64,000 nucleotides of DNA from Methanothrix sp. (GCA_963682135.1 OY821645.1:960001-1024000); one strand, 5' to 3'; positions 49,787 to 59,953 are shown, numbered from the stretch's first letter. Numbers and translations are program-made. Notes: generated by a model not told the origin, from the sequence alone.

Positions 49787-50407
49787 TCAAAACTCCATCT
49801 CGAAGTCCGAGATAGTGTATTTAAATCGATCCTCTTCGCCCCGCTCGCGCAGCACCTGACGGGCCAAGAGCCAGTAGATAAGCGTTAGAGCTTTCCTGCC
49901 TTTGTTGTTGGTGGGTATGACCAGGTCAACATTGGAGGTCATGTTGTTTGTATCGCAAAGAGCGATTACAGGTATGCCTATGTCCACAGCCTCGTTGACC
50001 GCCTGGGCATCGCCGCTGGGGTCGGTAGTTATGAGCACATCGGGCTCGATGAAGCCCCGGAAGGCTGGATTGGTCAAGGTATTGGGCACAAATCTACCTA
50101 CGTTGGCGTTGGCACCAATGGCCTTGGCAAACATTGTGGCTGGCCTCTGGCCATACTGGCGTGCTGATACGACCAATATGTTTGATGGATCGTATTTCGC
50201 CAGGAACTTGGCTGCCAACCGGATGCGCTTGTCAGTAGACTGGACATCCAGCACATAAAGCCCATCGGTTCTCACCCTATAGATATAGGGCATCATGTTA
50301 TTCGTCTTCTGCTGAGTACCAATATGCACGCCGGCAGCAAGGTACTCGTCTATTGGTATGAGAGTCTCATATTCTCCCGATACCGTCATTACCTCATCTT
50401 CTACCAA
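49787..50407 (-). CDS. rps2: 30S ribosomal protein S2
   Basis: [32 protein letters not shown]. Confidence 0.97.
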   Translation of the reverse strand: MVEDEVMTVSGEYETLIPIDEYLAAGVHIGTQQKTNNMMPYIYRVRTDGLYVLDVQSTDKRIRLAAKFLAKYDPSNILVVSARQYGQRPATMFAKAIGANANVGRFVPNTLTNPAFRGFIEPDVLITTDPSGDAQAVNEAVDIGIPVIALCDTNNMTSNVDLVIPTNNKGRKALTLIYWLLARQVLRERGEEDRFKYTISDFEMEF

Positions 50408-50416
50408 CTAATTCAC

Positions 50417-50599
50417 CTACCTATAGCGATTGCGTTTTACTGTGATGGGAATTACGCCCAGTTTCATCTCTTCAAGCGCTATTTCGAGAGGGTCGGTATT
50501 ACCGGTATCGATCAACACTGGAGCGCCCATGAAAACTTGCAAAGCCCGTGCTCCTACGATGCGCGCACGTTCATATCTTGTATATTTCTCGCCCTTCAA
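50417..50599 (-). CDS. rpoK: RNA polymerase subunit K (Rpo6)
   Basis: [15 protein letters not shown]...GAP...IALEE. Confidence 0.95.
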   Translation of the reverse strand: MKGEKYTRYERARIVGARALQVFMGAPVLIDTGNTDPLEIALEEMKLGVIPITVKRNRYR

Positions 50600-50626
50600 A
50601 TAGCCACCTCAAAAGGAAGAGTATGA

Positions 50627-50701
50627 TGGGGTTGCTGAGATTCGAACTCAGGTCACAGCGTCCCGAACGCTGTAGGATGGACCAGGCTACCCTACAACCC
50701 C
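50627..50701 (-). tRNA. tRNA-Pro(CGG)
   Basis: Minus strand GGGGTTG...CAGCG-TT-CGG-GA-CGCTG...CTGAG-TTCGAAT-CTCAG-CAACCCC-A; starts 2 nt after the rpoN stop. Confidence 0.96.
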
Positions 50702-50703
50702 GT

Positions 50704-50889
50704 CTACTGGTACCGCCTAAGCGTATCTACAATCTCCACATGAGAGAGAAGCATGCGCCTGCAGCAATATTTGTCTATTCCCAGGTCATCCATGACTTTG
50801 CCGGGAGGCTCAGTCTTGATGCGCTCCCGGTATTCCTCCCATACATGGGAGATCACTTTGCCACAGGAATAGCACCTGACTGGAATCAA
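50704..50889 (-). CDS. rpoN: RNA polymerase subunit N (Rpo10)
   Basis: MIPVRCYSCGK...YCCRRM. Confidence 0.97.
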   Translation of the reverse strand: MIPVRCYSCGKVISHVWEEYRERIKTEPPGKVMDDLGIDKYCCRRMLLSHVEIVDTLRRYQ

Positions 50890-50895
50890 GCTGCT

Positions 50896-51294
50896 TCACC
50901 TGTAAGACTTCTGGTACTTAGATCTAGCACCAAGTCCGCCGAACTTTTTCCTCTCTTTGTGCCGATGATCGCTGACAAGGAGATTTCTGTCATACTCGGA
51001 GAATGCTTCTTTCAGTCCGGTATCGCCTGTCCACTCCACAATACCCTTGGCGATAGCCGTCCTTACGGCATCTGTCTGGCCCATAGTACCGCCGCCGGCA
51101 ACAACGACATCGATATTCATCGTTTTGACCAGATCTCCTGCGATCTGAACGGGTTCTTGAATCTTGAGTCTGGCAAGGCGAGGCTCATAAATATCTAAGG
51201 GCACCTTGTTGATGCGCACAACGCCCTTTCCATCCTTTAAAGTGGCCCTTGCAGTTGCCGTCTTCTTCTTACCTGAGGTATTAATTATCTTCAT
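50896..51294 (-). CDS. rps9: 30S ribosomal protein S9
   Basis: [30 protein letters not shown]. Confidence 0.97.
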   Translation of the reverse strand: MKIINTSGKKKTATARATLKDGKGVVRINKVPLDIYEPRLARLKIQEPVQIAGDLVKTMNIDVVVAGGGTMGQTDAVRTAIAKGIVEWTGDTGLKEAFSEYDRNLLVSDHRHKERKKFGGLGARSKYQKSYR

Positions 51295-51304
51295 AGGAAA
51301 ACCT

Positions 51305-51724
51305 TCAGAAGGTTGCGCCGAGTCTTCGGCTCAAGGCCCCAAGCTCGATATATTTGTTATTGCTCTCGGTCCTCATCTTAGCAGCGGTTGGTTGCTCTAA
51401 CGGCATTCCCTTCAGCTCTCTGGGTATGCCCACAAATATCCGCAGCCGGGAGAATGCATCTCTTCCCCGCCCCATCTTGTAGGGAAGCATGCCGCGTACC
51501 GTCCTCTTGAGTATCATTTCCGGCCGACGGGGGAAGTAGGGACCTCTCTCCTTATGACCACGATCCCGTGTATGCCCATATTCAGCGAAAATAGATTCTT
51601 TCCCGCCAGTAACCAGTGCCTTCTCGGCATTGACGATCCTGACCTCTTCGCCTGCCAGGAGATTCTTAGCGGTTACGCTAGCCAGGCGTCCCAGGACCAA
51701 TCCAGTTGCATCTACTACGATCAT
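51305..51724 (-). CDS. rpl13: 50S ribosomal protein L13
   Basis: [26 protein letters not shown]. Confidence 0.97.
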   Translation of the reverse strand: MIVVDATGLVLGRLASVTAKNLLAGEEVRIVNAEKALVTGGKESIFAEYGHTRDRGHKERGPYFPRRPEMILKRTVRGMLPYKMGRGRDAFSRLRIFVGIPRELKGMPLEQPTAAKMRTESNNKYIELGALSRRLGATF

Positions 51725-51728
51725 TGCT

Positions 51729-52088
51729 TCACCTCAAAATCTTTATGCCCGATCCCTTGGGATGCTCAAGCATCAGCTTCTCAATAGTCAGGCATTTCCC
51801 GCCTGCAGCCTGGATCTTGGACAATGCCTGGCTGCTAAAATTGAATGCCGCCACGGTAACGCTGTGTTCCAGATCTCCAGAGGCCAGCACCTTTCCAGCC
51901 ACCAGAACAGTATCGTTGGACTGGGTATGCCTATTGATCTTGCTGAGGTTTACAGCAGCGTAGTTGCGACTGGGCTTCTCCAGTCTCCGGGCGATATCGC
52001 GCCAGAGAGGTGCGCCAGTTTCGCGAGAGGCCGCCTTTAGTTCACCGATAAGACGGACTATCCTTGGATTTGTCTTCTCAAATGCCAT
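51729..52088 (-). CDS. rpl18e: 50S ribosomal protein L18e
   Basis: [30 protein letters not shown]. Confidence 0.96.
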   Translation of the reverse strand: MAFEKTNPRIVRLIGELKAASRETGAPLWRDIARRLEKPSRNYAAVNLSKINRHTQSNDTVLVAGKVLASGDLEHSVTVAAFNFSSQALSKIQAAGGKCLTIEKLMLEHPKGSGIKILR

Positions 52089-52095
52089 TTAATCC

Positions 52096-52196
52096 TCCGC
52101 ACGGCCCCAATCGGGCCGACTCACGCGCAAAGCCGCGCGCGTTCGAACCTGTTTTTCGGTTCATGCGCCCAGGGCACCAATTGTCCCTGTGCGGAA
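52096..52196 (-). promoter_or_regulatory. Structured 5' leader of the rpl18e operon (candidate r-leader)
   Basis: 7-bp closing stem TCCGCAC/GTGCGGA overlapping the GGAGG SD, enclosing four hairpins; TATA (CTTAAATA) at 52220-52227. Confidence 0.55.
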
Positions 52197-52369
52197 TATT
52201 TAGATCGACAATGCGCCAGTATTTAAGGGTTTTCCAAAGCCATGGACAAGGCGACCTTAGAATTTCCCATGGCGATGCAAGCACTAAGATCGATAGATCA
52301 GTTGCGGATCATAGATACTTACCAAAAGTAAGATATTGAAGTACTATAAGAAAATTATAGTTAAGTGCA

Positions 52370-53632
52370 ATGATCGACCTCCTCCTCCCTGCGTGCATAG
52401 CTCTTGGCTTTGCTCTAGGAATCATAAGCGGACTCACGCCAGGCCTGCATCTGAATAACTTTGCCGCTATGCTGCTGGCCGTCTCGCCTCAGCTCCTGGG
52501 CCTCGGCCTCTCGCCTTTTCAGATAGCCTGCATAATCCTCTCCGCCAGCATCTCCCAAACTTTTTTCGATGCCATTCCGGCGATCTTTTTAGGCGCACCC
52601 GATTCCGAGGTGGCCCTGACGGTTCTGCCCGGCCAGAGGCTCATGCTGGAGGGGCGGGGCATCGAGGCGGTGCGCCTCTCTGCTCTGGGCAGTGCCGGAT
52701 CGGTTCTTTTTGCCCTTTTCCTGATCATCCCTCTCTCCTGGCTGGTCTCCAGCTACTATGATTATCTCACCAAATATGTGGGCATTCTGCTCCTGGCTAT
52801 CGCCCTCATGATGATTAAGTCGGAGAGAGGGCCGTGGATTGAAGGGCAGGGCGCATGGGTTCATTACAAGTACAAAGCCGTTGCGGCGCTGCTTTTTCTT
52901 ACCAGCGGCCTGCTGGGCACATTCGCCTTCGATCATGAAAACCTGGCAAGCTCGCCTCTGGGCCTGGAGCCGCAGGTGCTCTTGCCCCTCCTGTCCGGCA
53001 TCTTCGGTGCCTCTTCCCTGCTGCTCAGCTTTTCCACAAAGATGCAGATTCCTGAGCAGAAGGAGAGCGAGATCCGGCTCTCATCCTCTGCTCTAGCCAG
53101 GGCGCTCTTCTCCGGCGGCCTGGGCGGATCGGTGGTGGCATGGATTCCAGGCGTCTCGCCCTCCGTGGCTGCGATCACTGCGCGCCTGGGCGCGGCTCCC
53201 GGCCCTGAAGAGTTCCTGGTCTCTATTGCCGGGGTGAACACTGCCAACGCTCTCTTCTCTCTGGTGGCACTCTACGTTATCGACAAACCGCGCAGCGGAG
53301 CTGCTGCTGCCATTCAGGAGCTGATGGCCCTCGACCAGAGCGCATTAATCCAGATGATAATAATTGTAGTAATCGTGGCGGCAGCATCCTACCTGGCCTG
53401 CATCGCTGCGGCACGCCTGGCCGGACGGGCCATCTGCCGGCTGAACTACCGGCTTCTCTGCCTGGGGGTGCTGCTCTTCCTGGTGGCCATGACCTATGCC
53501 TTTACCGGGATGTTCGGACTGTTCATATTCTTCCTCTCCACAGTGGTGGGGCTGATTGCACCGGTGGCGGGAATTCACAGGACGCATGCCATGGGGGTGC
53601 TGATGCTGCCGCTGATATGCAGGTATATTTGA
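52370..53632 (+). CDS. TctA/DUF112 family membrane protein
   Basis: GLTPGLHLN, IPAIFLGAPD, LPGQRL...GRG, PGVSP, PRSG. Confidence 0.88.
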   Translation: MIDLLLPACIALGFALGIISGLTPGLHLNNFAAMLLAVSPQLLGLGLSPFQIACIILSASISQTFFDAIPAIFLGAPDSEVALTVLPGQRLMLEGRGIEAVRLSALGSAGSVLFALFLIIPLSWLVSSYYDYLTKYVGILLLAIALMMIKSERGPWIEGQGAWVHYKYKAVAALLFLTSGLLGTFAFDHENLASSPLGLEPQVLLPLLSGIFGASSLLLSFSTKMQIPEQKESEIRLSSSALARALFSGGLGGSVVAWIPGVSPSVAAITARLGAAPGPEEFLVSIAGVNTANALFSLVALYVIDKPRSGAAAAIQELMALDQSALIQMIIIVVIVAAASYLACIAAARLAGRAICRLNYRLLCLGVLLFLVAMTYAFTGMFGLFIFFLSTVVGLIAPVAGIHRTHAMGVLMLPLICRYI

Positions 53633-53656
53633 GCACAAAAAGCAGACATTATTTAA

Positions 53657-54355
53657 GTGCGAAATGATGTAATTAGGGATATGATAGGACAGGATGCAAC
53701 TGACGATAAAGAGTTTGAGAAAAGAATAGCCAAAGAATTAACAAGGGCTTTCCTAACTAAAATTCTTTCTGAAGGAATTATTGACAAAAAAAAGGCAGAT
53801 GATATTGATTATATTCGATCGGTTATAAAAGAAGAGTTAAAAGAATGCGAGCTTAAAATAAATAATGTGGTGATGATACATAATAACTTCCTTGAATTTG
53901 CCAAGGATGCTATAGATAAAAAAGAGCCAATGATAGCATTGGTTTTAATAGCCACCGCTGTTGAACAAATAATAAACTGTTATTAACGGTTCTTCTTGCA
54001 GTATCGATGTGTTTCTGAAGAAGATATTACTCAGGTTATCAGAAGAAATAATATTGATGCTAAAATTGGATGGTTAATGCCTCTCATATTAGGATGTGAA
54101 TTAAATAATTCTCTAAGAAAAAGGATCTTAAATTTAGCTGAATTGAGGAATAGAATCGTCCATTACAAAGCAGAACCTTGTGGATATGATGAGGATAGTG
54201 AAAGTCATAACGGAATTGCAAACATGACAGATCAGATTAATTTTTCAGATATGCTTTCGATTCCGATTGAGTTAGAGACCGAATTAGAGTTCCTTTTGGA
54301 AAAAGAAAATCCAAATCACCAACTAGCCAAGAAAATTACCGAAGCAATGTTTTAA
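53657..54355 (+). pseudogene. HEPN-domain protein interrupted by an in-frame TAA
   Basis: ORFs 53657-53986 and 53996-54355 are in the same frame; ALVLIATAVE and LRNRIVH (RxxxxH) motifs; AT-rich. Confidence 0.7.
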
Positions 54356-54486
54356 GAATAATATATCTAACTGAATTTAATAAAAATATGGAAATCCAGA
54401 TGATGGTTTGCTTCATTTCAACTGGAGGACGGAGTATTCATTATCCTTTGCGATCCCATATTTGATAGAACATAGTTTTTTATTCA

Positions 54487-55527
54487 ATGCAATCAAGTCC
54501 TGAAAAGAGCATGACGGGAAAGAAAGAAGTAATTGAATCCGGCGAATTTGGGCGGAATCTCGATGAGCTGGTTCCGGCAAAAGTGCTGTTAGCGGCCCGA
54601 GACGATATTCAGAAGGCCATTCCGGCTCTAGCCAAAGATCCTGTGGCAACTCTGTCCATTGAGAGGGCAGCAAAGCGCGTGCCAGCGCGCCACCAATTGA
54701 TTCTTGGTGACAGCAGGCAAATGGATGAGATTGAAGATGAGAGTGTTCATCTGGTGTTTACGTCCCCACCTTATTGGACACTGAAGCAGTATCCGGATCA
54801 AGAAGGGCAATTAGGCAGAATCGAAGATTACGAAAAATTTCTGGAAAATTTAGATCTGGTCTGGAAGAATGCTCTCAGAGTCCTGGTGAAGGGAGGAAGA
54901 CTCATCGTAGTAGTAGGTGATGTATGTCTTCCGAGGCGCGATTTCGGCAGGCATGTTGTTTTTCCTCTTCATGCGGCAATACAGGAGCATTGTCGAAATA
55001 TAGGTTTTGATAACCTGGCTCCCATAATATGGCATAAAATTGCAAATGCCCAGTTTGAATCCAAGAGATGCACGAATTTTTTGGGCAAGCCTTATGAGCC
55101 GGGTTCAATAATAAAAAACGATATAGAATATATTTTGTTTCAGAGAAAGCCCGGTGGGTACCGTCAGCCCACGCGCGCTGCAAGACTATTGTCGGTTATT
55201 CCCGAAAAATGTCACAGGAAGTGGTTTCAGCAGATATGGGATATAACCGGCGCATCGACCAGGGAACACCCTGCGCCGTACCCATTAGCTCTGGCAGAGC
55301 GGCTGATTCGCATGTTTTCCTTTGTGGGAGATACTGTACTTGACCCATTCATGGGAACAGGCACTACAAACCTGGCTTGCGGCCTCTGGGGACGCAGCAG
55401 CATAGGATATGAGATCGAGCCTGCATATTTTGATATGGCCTGCCGTCGCATGAAGAGCCTTAAAGGAACTCAGCTTACCTTTGATTCTATCAATTCCATG
55501 GAAGTGAAGCCGCCTTGCCCGGTATAG
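54487..55527 (+). CDS. Site-specific DNA methyltransferase (N4/N6, beta class)
   Basis: FTSPPY precedes HPAPYP and LDPFMGTGTT (beta motif order; SPPY is typical of m4C enzymes). Confidence 0.93.
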   Translation: MQSSPEKSMTGKKEVIESGEFGRNLDELVPAKVLLAARDDIQKAIPALAKDPVATLSIERAAKRVPARHQLILGDSRQMDEIEDESVHLVFTSPPYWTLKQYPDQEGQLGRIEDYEKFLENLDLVWKNALRVLVKGGRLIVVVGDVCLPRRDFGRHVVFPLHAAIQEHCRNIGFDNLAPIIWHKIANAQFESKRCTNFLGKPYEPGSIIKNDIEYILFQRKPGGYRQPTRAARLLSVIPEKCHRKWFQQIWDITGASTREHPAPYPLALAERLIRMFSFVGDTVLDPFMGTGTTNLACGLWGRSSIGYEIEPAYFDMACRRMKSLKGTQLTFDSINSMEVKPPCPV

Positions 55528-56249
55528 ATCAATTCGTCTTTTCCAACTGTGTCAAGGAATTCTGGCGCACCAGAGAAAGACAGGCCTATGCCCAAAAACA
55601 GCGAGGGCAATCCGATCAGGGTTCAAGAAGTGCCGTAACTGGCGGAAAGCAAATGGACGGCTTTTCAAGATCTATCTCGAGACTCCTGATTGAGGCGGGA
55701 ATTGATGAGGAGAATATATTTCAAAGAATCTCCGTAGAGCTGCCAGGATATTTCCGGCCCACAAAGGAGTGGGATATAGTGGTTGTGTCAGACGGCAATC
55801 TCATCGCCGCCATCGAGCTTAAATCTCAGATCGGGCCATCTTTTGGCAATAATTTTAACAATCGCACTGAAGAGGCTTTAGGCACTGCCATGGACATCTG
55901 GACCGCCTATCGTGAGGGGGCTTTCCGTACATCACCTGCACCTTGGCTTGGTTATCTGCTGCTCTTAGAAGATTGCCCTGAATCAAGACGCCCCGTTGGT
56001 GTCAGAGAACCGCATTTTCCGGTATTTCCGGAGTTTATCGAGGCATCTTATGCCAAACGCTATGAGTTGTTCTGCAGGAAACTGATTAGAGAGAGGCAGT
56101 ACAATTCGGCATGCTTCATCACCTCTGACCGCAAAAACGCGAATTTAGAAAATAACTATGGAGAGCCTGCAAAGGATCTCACTGCCGCTCAATTTCTCTC
56201 AGGGCTTCTCGGCCACGCCGGCAGCATAAAGAATGCCAAAATAGGATAA
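55515..56249 (+). CDS. XhoI/PaeR7I family type II restriction endonuclease
   Basis: DQG-R-AVTGGKQMDGF, LPGYFRPTKEWD, ELKSQIGPSFGNNFNNRTEEALG; overlaps the MTase end. Confidence 0.9.
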   Translation: MPGIDQFVFSNCVKEFWRTRERQAYAQKQRGQSDQGSRSAVTGGKQMDGFSRSISRLLIEAGIDEENIFQRISVELPGYFRPTKEWDIVVVSDGNLIAAIELKSQIGPSFGNNFNNRTEEALGTAMDIWTAYREGAFRTSPAPWLGYLLLLEDCPESRRPVGVREPHFPVFPEFIEASYAKRYELFCRKLIRERQYNSACFITSDRKNANLENNYGEPAKDLTAAQFLSGLLGHAGSIKNAKIG

Positions 56250-56293
56250 GCTTCCTGTCCGGGCGGGGCCATCATCCTATTCTTCCCGTCCCT

Positions 56294-57040
56294 TCAGCCC
56301 CCGCCCAAGAGCCCCAGAACCTCCTTTCTCATCTCCAGAAATTGCCCGCTCATGCTATCCCTTGGCCGCTCCAACTCGATCTCCATTATCTTCCTGACCC
56401 TTCCCGGATTGGCGCTCAGGATCACCAGCCTGTCCGCCAGAAATATGGCCTCTTCTACGCTGTGAGTGACGAGCACTATGGCTTTGGCCGTCTTCTCCTG
56501 GATGCGAATTATGTCGGACTGAATCTGCTTTCTGGTCTGAGGGTCAAGGGCGGAGAACGGCTCGTCCATGAGCAGCAAAGAGGGCTCCAAAACCAGGGCT
56601 CTGGCCACTGCCGCTCTCTGGCGCATGCCTCCGGAAAGCTCGTAGGGACGGCTACGCGCGCTGTCCTGCAAGCCCACCAGCTCAAGGTATTTCATGGCTT
56701 TCTCCTGCCTTTGCGTCTTGGGCATCTCCTGAATTTCCAGTCCCAGGGAGACATTATCGAGCACACTGCGCCAGGGAAGCAGAGCATGCTCCTGAAAGAT
56801 CATCCCCATCCTCGACCCCGACCTGGTTACGATCTCTCCATCCAGAAGCACCTCTCCTTTCGTCGGCGGTTCCAGTCCGGCAATTATCCTGAGCAGAGTA
56901 GTCTTTCCGCATCCAGATGGGCCCAGGATGCCCACCACCTCCTGCTCATTTATTTGCAGCGAGATATCCTGCAAGACCACAGCTTTCTTGCCATTTCCCT
57001 GATCGAATTGCTTTGTTACTGCCTTCAGCTCCAGCATCAT
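56294..57040 (-). CDS. NitT/TauT ABC transporter ATPase
   Basis: GPSGCGKT, LSGGMRQR, LMDEPF, VTH. Confidence 0.93.
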   Translation of the reverse strand: MMLELKAVTKQFDQGNGKKAVVLQDISLQINEQEVVGILGPSGCGKTTLLRIIAGLEPPTKGEVLLDGEIVTRSGSRMGMIFQEHALLPWRSVLDNVSLGLEIQEMPKTQRQEKAMKYLELVGLQDSARSRPYELSGGMRQRAAVARALVLEPSLLLMDEPFSALDPQTRKQIQSDIIRIQEKTAKAIVLVTHSVEEAIFLADRLVILSANPGRVRKIMEIELERPRDSMSGQFLEMRKEVLGLLGGG

Positions 57041-57795
57041 CGCTCGTATGCCCTCCAGGAGAACCGTCTTCTTTCCACGATTATGAAGAAGCGATCAATG
57101 AGTATGCCTAGGACGCCAATGGCTACCATGCCCGCCACTACTACCTGGATCTGCCCCCAGCCGTAAGCATACATGATCAGGTACCCGAGACCAGAGCTGG
57201 TGCCGGGCAGCATCTCCGCTGCCACCACACACATCCAGGCGATGCCAAAGCCTACCCGCATTCCCGTCCAGATCTCGGGAGCGCTGCCAGGCAAGATGAC
57301 CTTGGAGATGAGATGGACCTCACCCGCGCCCATCATGTAGACCGCCTCCTGCCAGGATCGCTTTACGCCCAAAACTCCCTGTGAGGTGCTGAGCAGAATC
57401 GGGAAGAACGCCCCGAGAGCGATTATGAAAACCACAGATGCCAGCCCGATCTTGAGCCAGGCCATGGCCAGAGGCACCCAGGCCAGGGGCGGCACCGGCC
57501 GCAGAGCCGAGATCAGGCCCTCCGAGATGTCTTTAAACACCTCCCAGCGGCCCATCGCCACGCCCAGAGGCACCGCGAGAAAGGCGGCTAGGAGAAAACC
57601 CAGTGACACTCTGACCAGACTCACTCGGGCATTTTCCAGGAGAGAGCCGCTGCCCAGGATGTCTGCCGTCGGCTTGAGAAGGACAGAAAGGACCGCGTCA
57701 AGAGTGGGCAGCACGAATGGATTGTTGACGTATTGAGCCAGAGCTTGCCAGACCAGGATCACGGCAAGAGGAAGGATCAGTTTTCTAATCATCAA
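57037..57795 (-). CDS. NitT/TauT ABC transporter permease
   Basis: LRPVPPLAWVP, EAA-like loop QEAVYMMGA, WMCVVAAE. Confidence 0.92.
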   Translation of the reverse strand: MMIRKLILPLAVILVWQALAQYVNNPFVLPTLDAVLSVLLKPTADILGSGSLLENARVSLVRVSLGFLLAAFLAVPLGVAMGRWEVFKDISEGLISALRPVPPLAWVPLAMAWLKIGLASVVFIIALGAFFPILLSTSQGVLGVKRSWQEAVYMMGAGEVHLISKVILPGSAPEIWTGMRVGFGIAWMCVVAAEMLPGTSSGLGYLIMYAYGWGQIQVVVAGMVAIGVLGILIDRFFIIVERRRFSWRAYER

Positions 57796-59066
57796 ATGGT
57801 TTCTGATGCTCTCACGCCCTGCAAGCCGGATGCTCTCAGTGCATCCTGGAATATCACGTCTGCAATGGTCCCCAAATCCGGATCTCCTATCTTGAGCGGG
57901 CGGCCCTGGGCAAAGGAGGCTTTAGCCTGAGATACGAAATCATCCCAATCTTCTGCCCCGGATGCGGTTGCCAGGACCAAGCCTGAGCCTAAATTCTGCA
58001 CCGGCTGAATAATTCTAGCTTCACAGCCCAGGCTGATTGATCCGATGGCCGGAGTTATGCCTACTATTGCCATATCCAGGTTGTCTTGCTCCATCAAGGT
58101 CATAAGATTCTGCCCGGTAGGCGCGGATATAAGCTCCACATCGGCCGCTTTTTGGCCGTTGATAATCAGCTCCAGATATCGGGGCCGATTGAGGTCCTCC
58201 ACCGGCTTTAACGCAATCCCCCATCTCTTCTGGAAATATTGCCAGTTCTTGACAGCGGCAAAGAGTGGTGCCTGGTGATCGATCATGAGATATCCGATTC
58301 GGATGAGATTATTCCCCGGATTACTACTATTAGAATGATAAGATGATGCATTACCTCCAGATGCGATCCAGTTGACTGCCCTGCAGTATGGTCCCAAGTC
58401 CATAAATTCCGATACTTGAGTTTGGGACCCATTGTGCTGTACGCTATCAATGGTATTGAGAATATCCCCCATCCGATCTACGAGGATTTGTGCAGAATCA
58501 TTCCATTCTCTGTTTGCCTCTGAAGAGAACACAAAAGTGGAGAGTGACTGATTAAACAGGCTAATTGGAGAAATAATCCGGCTGCCCAGCAAATAATCCC
58601 GGTCACCCATTAGCCAATCGGTAGTGATTTTCGGCAAAGCTTCCGGATGCTCCTTTGCATAATCGTCTCCCGAGAGAAGAATTACGCTCACGGCCATGGC
58701 CATATCCGGATTATTCTGCAAAATTTCATTGCTCGCGACCAGAACACAGCAAGGATGATTATGCCATACGCCTTCAGGCGGAAATTCTTGCGAGAGGGCG
58801 ACAACTTTTCCGATGCCGCTCTTCTCAGCCAGAGACAGGTAGGGTTGCCAGGCCACGTAGCCGTCTATCTGGCCAGTAGTAAGCAGCACGGGAAGGATGC
58901 TCTGACCTTTGCAGAAAAGGAGCTCAACCTCTGCAAATCCTTTATCCGCACGGTTCACTTTTTCAGGGGCATCGTCCCAAGACGATGATGATGAGCAGGC
59001 AGCAAAGATCGATATCATGAAGACAGAAGAGAGAATGATTCGGGCCGCACCTGATACAATGTGCAT
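57792..59066 (-). CDS. NitT/TauT substrate-binding lipoprotein (apparently circularly permuted)
   Basis: FAAC lipobox-like motif; IDGYVAWQPY, HPCC, IRIGYL--DH-APLF; start at 59066 or 59114. Confidence 0.8.
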   Translation of the reverse strand: MHIVSGAARIILSSVFMISIFAACSSSSSWDDAPEKVNRADKGFAEVELLFCKGQSILPVLLTTGQIDGYVAWQPYLSLAEKSGIGKVVALSQEFPPEGVWHNHPCCVLVASNEILQNNPDMAMAVSVILLSGDDYAKEHPEALPKITTDWLMGDRDYLLGSRIISPISLFNQSLSTFVFSSEANREWNDSAQILVDRMGDILNTIDSVQHNGSQTQVSEFMDLGPYCRAVNWIASGGNASSYHSNSSNPGNNLIRIGYLMIDHQAPLFAAVKNWQYFQKRWGIALKPVEDLNRPRYLELIINGQKAADVELISAPTGQNLMTLMEQDNLDMAIVGITPAIGSISLGCEARIIQPVQNLGSGLVLATASGAEDWDDFVSQAKASFAQGRPLKIGDPDLGTIADVIFQDALRASGLQGVRASETI

Positions 59067-59192
59067 TAATTCTCTAATGCTGTTTACGTATATATTCACT
59101 GCGATCTCAAACAAATTTTTATAACGTCCAAGAAAAATAGATTCTTCAGGGTTTATTCATCAACCCTGACCCAATTTGTACCCATTGAGTAA

Positions 59193-59378
59193 TCAGTATC
59201 TTCTGGGTGGTCTGGCTGGCCTGTGCTTCTGGTAGCAATCGCTGCAGTAAACCGGCCTTGAGCCATCGGGCTTGAAGGGAACTTGACATGTCTTTCCGCA
59301 CTCAGCGCAGGTGGCATCGTGCATCTCTCTTGGTCCGCGGCTAAAGCCGCCTCTGTTGCCGCTTCCATATCCTTCCAT
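59193..59378 (-). CDS. CxxC-x17-CxxC zinc-ribbon protein
   Basis: CAECG...VPFKP...RPVYCSDC with an RGG-like N-terminus. Confidence 0.9.
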   Translation of the reverse strand: MEGYGSGNRGGFSRGPREMHDATCAECGKTCQVPFKPDGSRPVYCSDCYQKHRPARPPRRY

Positions 59379-59479
59379 TTTAATTCACTTACCTTTGGCA
59401 TCGATTCCATGAATCGATCCTACTACAAAGCATCCTGTAGAAATCTAATTATATTATCTTGTTGGGAAGAGAGGCAATA

Positions 59480-59947
59480 ATGGACTCAATTAAAGCAAAA
59501 GCAACATTAATGACCCTTGCGATCCTCTGTCTGCTGCCTCTGGCCATGACAGGAGACTGCCGGGAGGCTCTTGAAGGGCAAACGTATCGCAACAACTCGG
59601 AGCAGGCACATGTGTTTCCAGATGCCCCAGTTGTCTTGAATGACGATACACTGGACGAGGCAATCAAGATTTATTCGTATCTCGTCTTGGACTGCTGGGA
59701 GATAGGCTGCCCACCCTGCAGGCTTATCGAGCCAAAGATAGACCGAATGGCAGAAAAATTTAGGGGCCGAATCGTCTTCGCGAAGCTTTGCATTGACAAG
59801 AATCCCATTACCATGAGCAAATATGGCATATCAAGAACACCAACCCTGCTTGTCTTCAAGAATGGCACTATTGTGTCTATGCAAGTGGGTAATTATCCCC
59901 AAGTGGAGCTGGAACGCATGATTCTGACAGTCCTGGATATGCGATGA
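59480..59947 (+). CDS. Exported thioredoxin-family protein
   Basis: Signal peptide, CPPC, TPTLLVFKNG. Confidence 0.85.
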   Translation: MDSIKAKATLMTLAILCLLPLAMTGDCREALEGQTYRNNSEQAHVFPDAPVVLNDDTLDEAIKIYSYLVLDCWEIGCPPCRLIEPKIDRMAEKFRGRIVFAKLCIDKNPITMSKYGISRTPTLLVFKNGTIVSMQVGNYPQVELERMILTVLDMR

Positions 59948-59953
59948 GATCAC

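Noticed and set aside
50627-50701. tRNA-Pro embedded between rpoN and rpoK as a novelty
   Set aside because: This arrangement is known from other euryarchaea.
52096-52196. A functional tRNA-Leu upstream of rpl18e
   Set aside because: GGTTCGAA is present but the arms do not form a canonical cloverleaf; reported as a leader instead.
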